This document shows, piece after piece, positions 1 through 9,692 of a DNA stretch of 64,000 nucleotides. Each line of letters starts with the position of its first letter. The first letter of the stretch is position 1. The notes under the pieces are model-generated. The model had not been told where the DNA came from and made no database searches. It worked only from the letters and a program-made list of their open reading frames with translations. Source of the stretch: an uncultured Saprospiraceae bacterium (GTDB taxonomy: Bacteria > Bacteroidota > Bacteroidia > Chitinophagales > Saprospiraceae); contig CAWIMY010000001.1 of assembly GCA_963837355.1 (NCBI GenBank), positions 18,714 to 82,713 on the forward strand, written 5' to 3'. The position numbers and the translations under genes are program-made.

Positions 1-904
1 AGAAGAAGGAAATATATCAATTCCTGATAACAATTCTAGTTCTTATAAAGAGGATAGAATTGTACCAGAACTTAGTGTAGATGAAAATGGTAAACTTACT
101 ATTACTATAAAAGTTACTGGAAAAGTTATAGACTATACAGAACAAGGGAAATCTTTGTTATGGGGTGAAACTGCGGCAGAAGCAATAGCTAGAAGAATTA
201 ATGATTTTGGTAACAATGAACTCTTTGTTGGAGAAGAAGGATTTTTTGGTCTGTCTGATTCATCAATAGATGTTTCAAAATTTGTATTTGATATTAACGG
301 AGAGAAGAGGCAGTTTAATACAGCTAAAGTCAAATTTAAATTTGACTTTGAAGCAGCAGAAAGTATAATAGAAGCTTCTCCAGATGATCATATTATAGCC
401 TTATTACCCACACCTTCTAAACTAACAAAAGATAGAAATAAAAGTCTCGAAGAAGGTACAGTTGTTGAAGCAGCTACTGGTACGAGCAGAAAAATAGCAT
501 TTATGAACATATATTCATTTACTGGACCTAAAGATTTTCTATTAGGTTATGGAGAGGCTATTGCAGCTCATGAGATAATATCTCATTTTATGGGATTGGG
601 GCATGCAGAAGACGCGGGAATAAATAGAGTTAATAAAGGAGGAGGAGTATATAATTATTCTAATAAGGTTACTGTAAAAGAAGCAGAAGAAATATTAGTC
701 AATATAAGCGATCCTAAATTTGGCTCAGGCTCTCATTCTAGCCTACATAGACCTCCAGGATGGACTAAAACTTACATTGTGCCTAACATCTCTTATGATT
801 ACCTTAATAATAATAATAAGTACCGTCGAGGCTCAATTCGAGATTTAGGGTTTGATATCAAAGAGATGATAAATCATGAAATAAAGCAACAGAGTAAGAA
901 ATAA
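1..904 (+). CDS. C-terminal part of a larger toxin-like/secreted protein (5' end outside window) with a zincin-like motif
   Basis: The frame of ORF 155..904 stays open back to nt 2, so the gene enters from the left edge. It carries the motif AAHEIISHFMGLGH (HExxxHxxGxxH, one residue longer than the metzincin HExxHxxGxxH). The segment is markedly AT-rich by eye. Confidence 0.5.
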   Translation, partial: EEGNISIPDNNSSSYKEDRIVPELSVDENGKLTITIKVTGKVIDYTEQGKSLLWGETAAEAIARRINDFGNNELFVGEEGFFGLSDSSIDVSKFVFDINGEKRQFNTAKVKFKFDFEAAESIIEASPDDHIIALLPTPSKLTKDRNKSLEEGTVVEAATGTSRKIAFMNIYSFTGPKDFLLGYGEAIAAHEIISHFMGLGHAEDAGINRVNKGGGVYNYSNKVTVKEAEEILVNISDPKFGSGSHSSLHRPPGWTKTYIVPNISYDYLNNNNKYRRGSIRDLGFDIKEMINHEIKQQSKK

Positions 905-910
905 ATCACA

Positions 911-1354
911 ATGAAAGAAAATATTAGAAAATTTATAAAGTTAGTCCTGTGTACTATGTTATTATATTTTTTTTGTACCCCTTTACTTGAGTTTCGTTAT
1001 AATATTACTATAGAAAACACTACAGAAAAAACATTACACTTTTTCATGAAAATAGGTGATGAAATTGTAGTGGATACTATTTTCAGAAAGAACGAAGTAC
1101 TAAATTTAGTTCAATCGAAAACATATGGTGGAATAAAAAAGACTACCATTATTGTCAATGATAGTATCATTAATGATCAGTGGATACTTTTTATAAAAAA
1201 ACAAGCTGGTATAGCTTATGTTAGTGCAAATTATGACAATAGAATAAACATTGATTTTAATAACCACTATGGCTCTTATGTATATTCTCCGCCATTACCC
1301 CCGATGAGACCAGATAGACCCACAAAAGAAAAACCGATAATAATAAAAGGGTAA
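911..1354 (+). CDS. small membrane-anchored protein, possible cognate immunity protein
   Basis: 147-aa ORF starting 6 nt after the toxin-like gene. It has an N-terminal hydrophobic helix (FIKLVLCTMLLYFFCTPLL) and a Pro-rich tail. It shares the AT-rich composition of its neighbour. No family was recognised. Confidence 0.45.
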   Translation: MKENIRKFIKLVLCTMLLYFFCTPLLEFRYNITIENTTEKTLHFFMKIGDEIVVDTIFRKNEVLNLVQSKTYGGIKKTTIIVNDSIINDQWILFIKKQAGIAYVSANYDNRINIDFNNHYGSYVYSPPLPPMRPDRPTKEKPIIIKG

Positions 1355-1613
1355 AAGCGGTGTTCCTCCTCAGAAGTAGACCGTCCAGAGCTGCGCCAGT
1401 TCTGAAACAAGGAAAGCACTACGCTAGTCGCTGCGTTCTGTCACAGCTCTGGGGGCTACATGTTCGTTGTCACGGCGGTTCCCGTCCTTGTAGCCTCGGC
1501 GTAGCCTGCGTTACAAGCACTCCACCGCCCTAGTGTGCGTCCCTGCTGGGAGCCGCCTAGCTGCATAGCTTTTATTTTCAATTGAAAAAAACAAATGGTA
1601 GCTATTTGCCAAA

Positions 1614-1646
1614 AAGCCCCAATCCGAATAAATCGGGTTGGGGCTT
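1614..1646 (-). terminator. rho-independent-type hairpin read on the minus strand
   Basis: aagccccaatccga-ataaa-tcgggttggggctt forms a 14-bp stem with one G-U pair. It is preceded on the plus strand by aaaaa, which is a U-tract on the minus strand. Confidence 0.5.
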
Positions 1647-1894
1647 TCAGGTGTCAGCGCATCATCCCGTAGATCGGGCTTTTCCTGCGCTGTACTAGTC
1701 GCTCCTTACGCTATCGGGAACGCCAGCCGCAAGGGCGTTTTGGTCTCTCTTTTTACACTTCGCTGGTTGCTCCGTGGTTTTCTCAATAGGGGTAGTCCTT
1801 TTTATTCCGCTGTCGCTGCATAAAAAGGAACCTTTTTTATTATCACTTCCTCACTCGCTCCGCTCTTGAGCAAATAACAATAAAATAAGGTAAA

Positions 1895-2220
1895 TTAATC
1901 TTTGGTTTTTAAACTATGATATTCTTTAAGTAAAGAGTCTATCACGTTATATACAATTTCTCTTTCTCTACTTGTGAGTTCTGCAATTTTCTTTAACCTT
2001 TCTAGCATTTCATTATCTAGCTCAATAAGTATTGCACCTATTAAATAATCAACAGACACATTCAACGCCTTCGCAATTCTTACTACAGTATCTATTGATG
2101 GTGACATATCTCCTCTTCATATCTCCCAATCACATCACCGGAAGTATTGAGAAGTGTCCCTAATTCTGCTTGTGATAACTTTCTGTTTTTTCTTACTTCT
2201 CTTATTTTTTTACCTACCAT
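1895..2220 (-). CDS. XRE-family helix-turn-helix regulator (one frame break as assembled)
   Basis: N-terminal part MVGKKIREVRKNRKLSQAELGTLLNTSGDVIGRYEE starts at 2220. C-terminal part MSPSIDTVVRIAKALNVSVDYLIG is ORF 1895..2107. The two join as ...RYERGDMSPSID if one A is restored near 2115-2118. Confidence 0.7.
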
Positions 2221-2421
2221 AAAAGTTCTTTTAAGTCTGATAATTCAGATGAAGGAGCAAAATAGCAGTTTTGTAAGACTTATTACATTCGATAAAACTT
2301 GTTTGTAAAGTAAGAAAAGACTACAATTGTGGATGATAGGTATTTTTTAGTAAAAAAAAAGCCTTAAAAAGGCTTTAAAAATACTTATGATCCAAATTAA
2401 GTCACGAAAAAAAAGTTTAAA

Positions 2422-2727
2422 ATGAAGGAAGAAAAAAAGTCAAAAAACAAGCAGGAATTCAACCGAAAGTTGATCAACGAGTATATCCCGTACGAGTTGT
2501 GGATATTTTACAGGCTGCGGCAGTACGCGGAGTTGCAAGCGGTGGGGCAGTTAGATATTATCAACCACATCATGATGATAGAAAAGGTGAGCGAGCAGGA
2601 AGCGTTTAAACTGTGCCTTGATTTATTGAAGTACGTGAGCCGCGAGCGGTCGAATATCGTGGAGTTTGTGCGGGAGATGACGAGTGAGGAAAGAAATTTA
2701 GATTTAGATCACTTTAAAAACAGCTAG
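2422..2727 (+). CDS. hypothetical protein of the integrative element
   Basis: 101-aa ORF immediately upstream of the primase gene on the same strand. No motif was recognised. Confidence 0.45.
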   Translation: MKEEKKSKNKQEFNRKLINEYIPYELWIFYRLRQYAELQAVGQLDIINHIMMIEKVSEQEAFKLCLDLLKYVSRERSNIVEFVREMTSEERNLDLDHFKNS

Positions 2728-2731
2728 GAGC

Positions 2732-5243
2732 ATGGAGATAGAAGAAATCAAAGAGCGCCTAACGATTGGGCGAGTATTGGCACATTATGGATTAGAGGTG
2801 AAGAATAAGCACATCCATTGTCCGTTTCATGAGGACAAAACGCCAAGCATGAGGGTTTACGAAGAAACGAACACGGTATATTGCTTTAGTGGAAATTGTT
2901 CAACTCACGGCCACAGTTTAGACGTGATTGAGTTTGTGCAGCGCAAAGAACAATGCAGTAAGCGGGAAGCTATTTTGTTTTGTAAAAGCGCTGATTGGGC
3001 ATTGAGGTAGAAGCGGAAGGAGAGTTGCAGGGCAGTAGATGCAGGTGTGGGAAGTATTGCAGCGCAGTTTGAACAAAAATGCGAAAGCCAAAGCATACTT
3101 GAAGGAGCGGGGTTTGAGCGCGAAAGAAGTGGGTTATCATAGCGGGCAGCTAGCGAAAAGTAAGTTACTGGAGGAAGTCAAGCAAGTGGGTTTAATTGGC
3201 GAGAGTGGGAAGAGCTGGGCGAAGAACTGCGTTATTTTTCCGCTTAGGAATGCAACTGGTCAGCTGGTGAGTTTTTACGGGCGTAGCTTGTTGAAGGGGC
3301 ATTATTACCAAAGTGGGCGTTGTGGATTGTTTCCCAATTATCCGAGTCAAGAGCGCGCAAGCGAATTATTCTAACAGAGTCGATTATCGACGCGGCGAGT
3401 TTATTGGAAGTGGAGGCGCTGAAAGATTACGAGGTGTTGGCCTTATTTGGAACAAATGGATTTACAGGGGAGCATGAGCGGGCGTTGTTGGCGTGTGAGG
3501 AGTTGGAGGAAGTTGTTTTGATGTTAGACGGCGACGAGGCGGGGCGAGCGGCAAGCGAGAAGTATTTGCAGCAGCTAAGGAAGCTCTTGCCGCTAGCCAA
3601 GATTAGAAGCATAGAGTTGTCAGGGGGAACAGATGTGAACGAGTTGTGGGCGAACCACTTAAATGAGGGAATGTTTGTGGAGCTGTTGGCGGTCAAAGAG
3701 CTGCTGCCACTAGTCGAGCCAGAGCAGCTTATCAAAGAGCCAGCGAGTAGGTTTAATACGAAGCATGCGAACAACTTAGTGTACGAGGGACAAAGCGCGA
3801 AGTACTACGTCAAGGGTTTTCGATCGAAGGATTTGGACAGTCTAAAAGTAACGCTGGTAACGGAGGTAGGGGCGAATAAATCACGGGGCAAAGTGGATTT
3901 GTACGAGGACACGGCGGTGCAAAAGTATTGCCGCGCAGCAGGTCGCAAGCTAGAGATCAAGGAAGAGTTGTTAGAGGTGGATATTAATCTATTGACGGAT
4001 GAATTAGAAGGGTATCGAATGCGTTTTGAGGGGTTGGAGCAGAGTTCTAACAACGTACTCAAGCACTTTGAGATTAGCGCGGCAGCACGGAAGCAGGCCA
4101 GGCAGTTTTTGAAGGGAGAAAACTTATTGAATCGCTTAAATAACCTGATTGGCAAGACGGGAATAGTAGGCGAAGAGCAAACGCGCTTGCTGCTATTTAT
4201 TGTGGCCAGTTCGTATAAATGTGAAGACCCGTTACATGCGCTCATTCAGGGGAGCAGCGGAACAGGAAAGACGCTGTTAATGCGCAAGGTGATGCAAGGC
4301 ATTCCCGAACCAGACCGCCATATATGGACGCGGATAAGCGATAAGAGTTTGTACCACGCAGGGACGAAGTTTAAGCATTCTAGTATAGCAATGGAGGACT
4401 GGGACGGGTTGAGCGAAGAAGTACAATATGTGGTTCGAGAAATGCAATCGGGCAAGCGGTTAACGTCTACGATTACCTTGAAGGGGGATAACGGGAAGAT
4501 GGACAACGCGGAGATCTTGGCAGAAGGGCCAATTTCTAGTTTGATGTGTACGACACGTGGAGCGGTGTATGAGGACAATATGAGCCGTTGTTTATTGGTG
4601 GCGGTAGATGAGAGCGCGGCGCAGACGGAGCGCATTTTAGAGTACCAATACAAAAAGGATCGAGGGGAGATCAACAAGCAACTGGAGCAGGAGGCGACCA
4701 AGAAGCTACAAAACCTAGTGTATCTACTAAAGCCGTTGGAGGTGGTCAATCCCTATGCGGGGCGCTTGGAGCTGCCGAGGCGGGTACACAAGATACGTCG
4801 GTTAAATCAGTTGTTCCAATACTTTATCAAACAAGTAACATGGCTGCATCAGGAGCAGCGGGAGCGGGATAAGTTAGGTCGTTTAATCACCACGAAGGAA
4901 GATTTGAGTAACGCGATACAATTATTATTTGAAACAATCCTCTTAAAAGTAGATGAGTTGGACGGAAGTTTGCGGCAGTTTTACGAACAGTTAAAAGAAT
5001 ATGTAAAAACAGGAGGAGGAAGAGCAGTATTGTTTTGGTCGTCGGGAGATACGGCAGGCGTTCAACATGAGCAAGACGCGGCAGCACCGTTATTTATCGC
5101 AGCTGTTGGAGTTGGAGTACATTCAACAAGTGAGCGGTCACATGAACAGAGGGTATAAGTATCAGATAGTGTACTGGGATGATAATAAAGCGTTTAGACA
5201 ATCTACCCAAGAATACTTAACAGCACAATGGAAGGAGTTATAA
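2732..5243 (+). pseudogene. mobile-element DNA primase-helicase (zf-CHC2 + Toprim + P-loop + C-terminal wHTH-like tail), at least four frame breaks
   Basis: CHC2 zinc finger CPFHEDKTPSMRVY...YCFSGNC (2732..3010). Toprim ILTESIIDAAS...MLDGDEAGRAA and Walker A GSSGTGKT (3320..5158). A sensible tail RREIRQAFNMSKTRQHRYLSQLLELEYIQ... lies in another frame and ends at TAA 5241..5243. Frame breaks are near 3003-3039, 3320-3374 and 5005-5025. Confidence 0.75.
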
Positions 5244-5358
5244 AATAAGGAAATGGAACACTAGGGAACGCCCGAGGAACGCCAAGATATGGATAAGTGA
5301 TTGACAATCAACTATTCTTGTCTTGGCGTTCTACGTTCCGAGAATTTATATAAGGGGT

Positions 5359-6177
5359 ATGAAAAAAACAGTAGAATATAGAGCGTGGTTAGTGCTACAA
5401 AACTACCAACCAACGAGCCTAAAACGGCTGATAAGTATTCAACAAAAGGCCGAGCAGTATTTAATTAGAACAGGCATACAGCCAAACAAGAGCGGCTTAC
5501 AAAGCTTCTTGCGCCATTGCCAATGGCAAGGCTATAGCGGGGTATATATTGGGCAAATTCAGTGGGCACTAGCCACCTATTGTCAGTATTTAAATAAAGT
5601 AAAAGGCAAGCAAATACAACTAAGCTTGTCCAAGCTCTCGAAGGAGAGGCGACGGCGTACAGCCTTACCAGCGGCAGCGATAGAACAAATAGAAGCGTGG
5701 CTGAGTCAAGAGCAAGAAGACTATTGGTTGAAGCAAAGTTTGTGGTGCTTGTTTTACGGGGCAGGGCTGCGGAGAAAGGAAGTGTTAGACTTAGAATTAA
5801 AGGGTTTGGATAGGCGGCTGCTGCTGCTGGAGGTGCCGACCTCGAAGACGGGCAAGGTTAGAGTTTTGCCGCTCTCAACGCGTCAAACGACGGCCATAAG
5901 TAATTACCTACAGCAAGAGCGGCCAGCGGCTAAACTGAGCTTTGAGCAGGCTTTAATCTTAGGCAGAACAGGCGGAAACGCTCAATCTTTGCTGGGTATG
6001 CAATTGCAGTTGTGGCAGCAGGGAACAGGCTTAGGCGGGGCGTTGTGTTGGCATGTGCTGCGGCATACGATTGCTACAAATTTAGTAGAGCGGGGCATGA
6101 GCATAGAGCAAGTAAGCCGCTTTTTAGGACATCAGAATATCGTATCAACGAGTCATTATTTGCATTATCTAAAATAA
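5359..6177 (+). CDS. tyrosine recombinase/integrase
   Basis: C-terminal catalytic signature HVLRHTIATNLVERGMSIEQVSRFLGHQNIVSTSHYLH. ATG 5359 (MKKTVEYRAWL) is preferred over the upstream alternative start. Confidence 0.85.
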   Translation: MKKTVEYRAWLVLQNYQPTSLKRLISIQQKAEQYLIRTGIQPNKSGLQSFLRHCQWQGYSGVYIGQIQWALATYCQYLNKVKGKQIQLSLSKLSKERRRRTALPAAAIEQIEAWLSQEQEDYWLKQSLWCLFYGAGLRRKEVLDLELKGLDRRLLLLEVPTSKTGKVRVLPLSTRQTTAISNYLQQERPAAKLSFEQALILGRTGGNAQSLLGMQLQLWQQGTGLGGALCWHVLRHTIATNLVERGMSIEQVSRFLGHQNIVSTSHYLHYLK

Positions 6178-6184
6178 GGAATTT

Positions 6185-6905
6185 ATGAGCTTTGAAAAGT
6201 ACCTATTTTCCCGAAGGATTCACCTCCAAAACGGTCAAACGGTATGTAGTTTGGGAGCGGGAGTTTAAACACTATTTTGAGGGTCAGGAGTTGAAAGACT
6301 TGTCTTATAATGAGCTGTTAGTTTACTTTCAGGATAAACAGTCCAAAGGATTAACAAGAAGTACACTGGTGCATATTTTGGCAAGAATCAAGCGGTATTA
6401 CAATTATCTAAACGTCCCTAATCCGTTAGCGCACTTTCAATTAAAAGGCTATGAGCCGCCCCAGCAAATCCATTATTTAAGTGGGGAAGAGCTGGAGCAG
6501 TTCGAGCAGTGGTTATGTGTTAGCGTAACTGGGAAAAGTTCTATTAGGCTTGTTAGTTTACCAAGGCTTGGCCACGGAGGAATTGCCGCACTTGCGGGTC
6601 AACAACATGGACTTGAAGCGGGGCGTTATCAACGTTCCAGCGAGCAATTTAGCAGGTAGAGAACTCAAATTAGAAGCTAGTCAAATGTTACTGTTACTAG
6701 AATATACGCAGGACAAAAAGCCGTTTGCCAAGCTGTTTCCAAGGTTGAGCGTGGGCAAGGCGGGGAATCAATACAACCAGCTGAAAGGGCAGCTTAAAAG
6801 ACACCTACACCAGCAAAGCCGATTAAGTTTAGAAACTTTTCTCAATTGCGGAGCTCTAGAATACGGCTGTGGATAGAAAAGCGGGGAATCTTGGCCGCTC
6901 AATAG
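6185..6905 (+). pseudogene. second tyrosine recombinase, frameshifted and 3'-truncated
   Basis: ATG 6185 (MSFEKYL) shifts into ORF 6192..6659, which has a SAM-like N-domain (KRYVVWEREFKHYF). It then shifts into 6550..6876, then into a frame reading QLRSSRIRLWIEKRGILAAQ*. That frame stops at TAG 6903..6905, inside the inverted repeat of the adjacent MITE-like element. The LLGH...Y end of the catalytic domain is missing. Confidence 0.65.
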
Positions 6906-7140
6906 AGGTTATTACGAATAGCTTTGCAGCGAAAAAAGGATCTTTTTCTCCCACTTAAGCTAGTAACTCTGTACACTGTACAAACTAACTAGATCGCTTC
7001 GCGAGTGTTAAAAATTGACTCCATCCCGATAAAATCGGGATGAACTAAATTTTTGCCTTGATTGTGAAAAAAAATAGCTGCGCTGAGCCTGCGGGTTCTC
7101 TCTTTTTATCTCTATACAACCCCATTCGTAATAACCTCTA
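6903..7140. mobile_element. MITE-like non-coding element bounded by 17-bp perfect inverted repeats
   Basis: tagaggttattacgaat (6903..6919) is the exact reverse complement of attcgtaataacctcta (7124..7140). The interior has no ORF and contains the hairpin catcccgat-aaa-atcgggatg (~7023..7043). Confidence 0.5.
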
Positions 7141-7142
7141 AT

Positions 7143-8142
7143 AAAGGGTATTACGAATAGGGATTTTGGAAAAAGAAATGGGGTAGGGGCAAAAAAAATG
7201 CTGATAAAGATGCTACCTTGAATTTGTGAACAAACAAGACATCCATACCAGCAAGCTCCAAGTTAATCAATTAACCAGTTTAACAGAGCAAGAATACGCG
7301 ACTATTTTAGAAGTTTTTGACAGGAAGTTCTATTCCAAGTGGCGTAGATATACGCTACAAGGTCATATTCGGAAGCGAGTACAGGCACAAGAGTCGAAAA
7401 ATAGTAGTTTGCTAGGCAGCGCAAAGAAGTTAACCTTTTTGCTGTTGTACTTGAAAGAACAGATGAACCAGTACACGCTTGGACACTTTTATAGCATGAG
7501 CCAACCTAAAGTATCTCAATGGATCAGTTATTTGCTGCCCGTCTTAGAAGAGAGCTTGGAGCAATTAGGCATGATGCCCTGTTATCAAGAGTATTATAGC
7601 CATTCCAATGAACAGTCCTGCTATTTAGCGGCGGATGTGACGGAACGAGCTATTCCTAGAAAAGTATGCTATGCGGCTCAAAAAGAGGACTATAGCGGCA
7701 AACAACATCAACATACAGAGAAAAATTTAGCCTTATGTGATGAGCATGGATACATTCATTTTTTAAGTGCTTCTTACACAGGCAGTACCCATGATAAAAC
7801 ACTCTGGGATGATTTATGCATACAGAGCAATGGAAACTGTTTACTAATGGACTTAGGATTTTTAGGGGCGGAATCAGAGGAAAATACGATTCTAATTCCC
7901 TTCAAAAAGCCTCCCAAACAAGAGTTAGGAAAGGTCAAAAAACAGCTCAATAGAGCAATGTCTAAACTCAGAGTCGTCATTGAACACGCTTTTGCTGGTG
8001 TAAAACGGCTCAAAATTATTCAACAAAAAATTAGAATTAGAAGTTATCAGAAAAGAAACACGATTGTTAGAATTGCTTTCGCCCTTCATAATCTTAGAGT
8101 CTCCTTTAGAAAACTCCACTGTTTTAATTCGTAATATAATAT
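7143..8142 (+). mobile_element. IS5-family insertion sequence (boundaries approximate)
   Basis: The core inverted repeat is tattacgaat (7149..7158) / attcgtaata (8127..8136), flanking the transposase gene. The right end coincides with the point where the ISAs1-type reading frame on the other strand loses sense (~8143). Confidence 0.55.
7226..8134 (+). CDS. IS5-family DDE transposase (HTH_Tnp_4 + DDE_Tnp_4 type)
   Basis: AADVTERAIPRK...YSGKQHQHTEKNLALCDEHGYIHFLSASYTGSTHDKTLWDD...LMDLGFLG...KKQLNRAMSKLRVVIEHAFAGVKRLKII matches the DDE_Tnp_4 pattern. Confidence 0.85.
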   Translation: MNKQDIHTSKLQVNQLTSLTEQEYATILEVFDRKFYSKWRRYTLQGHIRKRVQAQESKNSSLLGSAKKLTFLLLYLKEQMNQYTLGHFYSMSQPKVSQWISYLLPVLEESLEQLGMMPCYQEYYSHSNEQSCYLAADVTERAIPRKVCYAAQKEDYSGKQHQHTEKNLALCDEHGYIHFLSASYTGSTHDKTLWDDLCIQSNGNCLLMDLGFLGAESEENTILIPFKKPPKQELGKVKKQLNRAMSKLRVVIEHAFAGVKRLKIIQQKIRIRSYQKRNTIVRIAFALHNLRVSFRKLHCFNS

Positions 8143-8527
8143 CCACAAACCACTATTCCCTTTACTTTTTGGGGAGACTCCTTTCAACTTTTTCCCGTCT
8201 AAAACGAGCTGCTTATTTTCCAAACAACCTAATAATTGACGGCCATCTCGATCCAGTAATTGCTTGAGAGAGGATGGATCTATGGCTTGAAATACACGAT
8301 TAAAAGTATCATGTGAAGGTATCCCATTCGGTAACTCTAAAACCTTTTTAAACAGCTTCTCGTTGATAACCAAACTCTTCCATGTCCTCAAAATCTTCCC
8401 CATTCGATAACAAGGTACAAAAACTTATGAATAGAATATCTGATAACTTATGCAAACACCTTCCTACTACACGAGGGTCCTCTATCCCCGAAAAAATCGA
8501 CTCTATCTTCTTCTTTGTATCTTCCAT
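8143..8527 (-). pseudogene. ISAs1-family transposase, N-terminal fragment only, with one frameshift
   Basis: MEDTKKKIESIFSGIEDPRVVGRCLHKLSDILFISFCTLLSNGEDFEDMEEFG is followed, after a frame shift near 8365-8375, by KLFKKVLELPNGIPSHDTFNRVFQAIDP...LVLDGKKLKG. The DPR...IPSHDTF signature is typical of the ISAs1/H-repeat family. The frame ends at the IS5-like element. Confidence 0.7.
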
Positions 8528-8649
8528 CTCGCTAAAATTATACTTTTATTTTTGATGCGTTTGCCCTTGAAATGCACAGGAATGTTTGTTTTCTCATAAA
8601 CTTTTCGCTACTTTTCACAAACCTTAAATCGTAGTAAGCAGATTATCAA

Positions 8650-9366
8650 ATGATAAAAGAAAAAATTACCCTTTGGGTAGTAGGAGTTATTTTGCTGTGG
8701 GGAGGTCTAGCCTGCTCTTCTACAGAAGCGGTTAAGAAGCTAACGCTCACTCCAAATAATGATCCCCTGACAGAGGCCTATTATTTAGCCATCAGAGGAG
8801 GGGAGGCGCGTCTGACGGCGTTGATGTCGGGCAGTTTTTCTTGTCACAGTGTCAATAAAAAAGGACTGTGGCGTGTCAACGATGGTCAAGACAGTATGGT
8901 ACTGTATGGCTGTAGTTTGGGAGAACCCGCCAAAGATGGGTACTGGGTGTATCAGGAAATCGTTATGACCCATCTTCCTACCGAGCCCATGGCACAATAT
9001 GTGTACAAAATAGAGCAGATCGCTCCCGATAGTTTGATTCTTTGGAAATATAAAATCGAAGATAAAAAGCAACTCAATGGTATTCACAGATACGAGAAAC
9101 GCCCTGTAGATACGTCAAATTTGAGACCCCACAGTTGTACTAGATATGTTAAGAAAAGAGGACAAGTTGATTTTTGGGCTTCTGTAAAAGCTTGTATAGA
9201 CAACCGAAAAGACGAAACAGTATGGTTTGATGAATATTATCAATATGCCCCTCAACACATTATGCAAGAACTCACTAAGTGGTCTGACCCTGTAAAACGC
9301 GAGGATAGTTATGCCGAAGGTACCAAAAGTGTCTTATATTTTAAACGCCTAGCTAAGACTAAATAG
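8650..9366 (+). CDS. hypothetical lipoprotein
   Basis: Signal peptide with lipobox (VILLWGGLACSS). 238 aa. No family was recognised. Confidence 0.6.
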   Translation: MIKEKITLWVVGVILLWGGLACSSTEAVKKLTLTPNNDPLTEAYYLAIRGGEARLTALMSGSFSCHSVNKKGLWRVNDGQDSMVLYGCSLGEPAKDGYWVYQEIVMTHLPTEPMAQYVYKIEQIAPDSLILWKYKIEDKKQLNGIHRYEKRPVDTSNLRPHSCTRYVKKRGQVDFWASVKACIDNRKDETVWFDEYYQYAPQHIMQELTKWSDPVKREDSYAEGTKSVLYFKRLAKTK

Positions 9367-9692
9367 TTGACCCATAAAGACATAGTTGACTGCCGCATTT
9401 TATGAAATTTTTCAAACCTGTATGGATTTCTCTGTTACTGCAACTATAAAAGCAAAGTTTTTAGCTTCTTGCACCTACTGGTGTTTACAACTTTGAGGAG
9501 TATAGCTACTTACCTTTGTGTTTATCTGCTTGTCAAAAGCTTTTAAAATAAACTCCTATTCTTATCCCGTTAGACTGGTTAATAGATTGGCTTCGAGTTT
9601 GTTGTTATTAACGTCTTGTTTCTTTAAAAATACGTGACAGCCTATTAAATAGCGTTTTTGGGCTCACAGACCTCTTCCCTTTTTCTCAAACT

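Noticed and set aside
560-610. Calling the toxin-like module a canonical HExxH zincin or metzincin
   Set aside because: The sequence reads H-E-I-I-S-H, with three residues rather than two between Glu and the second His. Only the HxxGxxH half fits, so it is reported as zincin-like, not as a confirmed metallopeptidase.
1638-1823. 61-aa ORF inside the GC-rich block
   Set aside because: The composition-driven frame is Arg/Ser/Ala-rich and crosses two hairpins. It has no neighbouring gene context, so the region is treated as non-coding.
5040-5158. C-terminal 40 aa of the 612-aa ORF (VLFWSSGDTAGVQHEQDAAAPLFIAAVGVGVHSTSERSHEQRV) as genuine protein sequence
   Set aside because: An alternative frame gives a much more protein-like, helix-turn-helix-type tail ending at 5243. 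The track ORF end is therefore read-through after a frameshift.
1355-7200. tRNA or tmRNA integration target flanking the integrase genes
   Set aside because: No GGTTCGAnTCC-type T-arm or acceptor/CCA-like end was found by eye in the non-coding stretches on either side. A proper tRNAscan/ARAGORN run is still needed.
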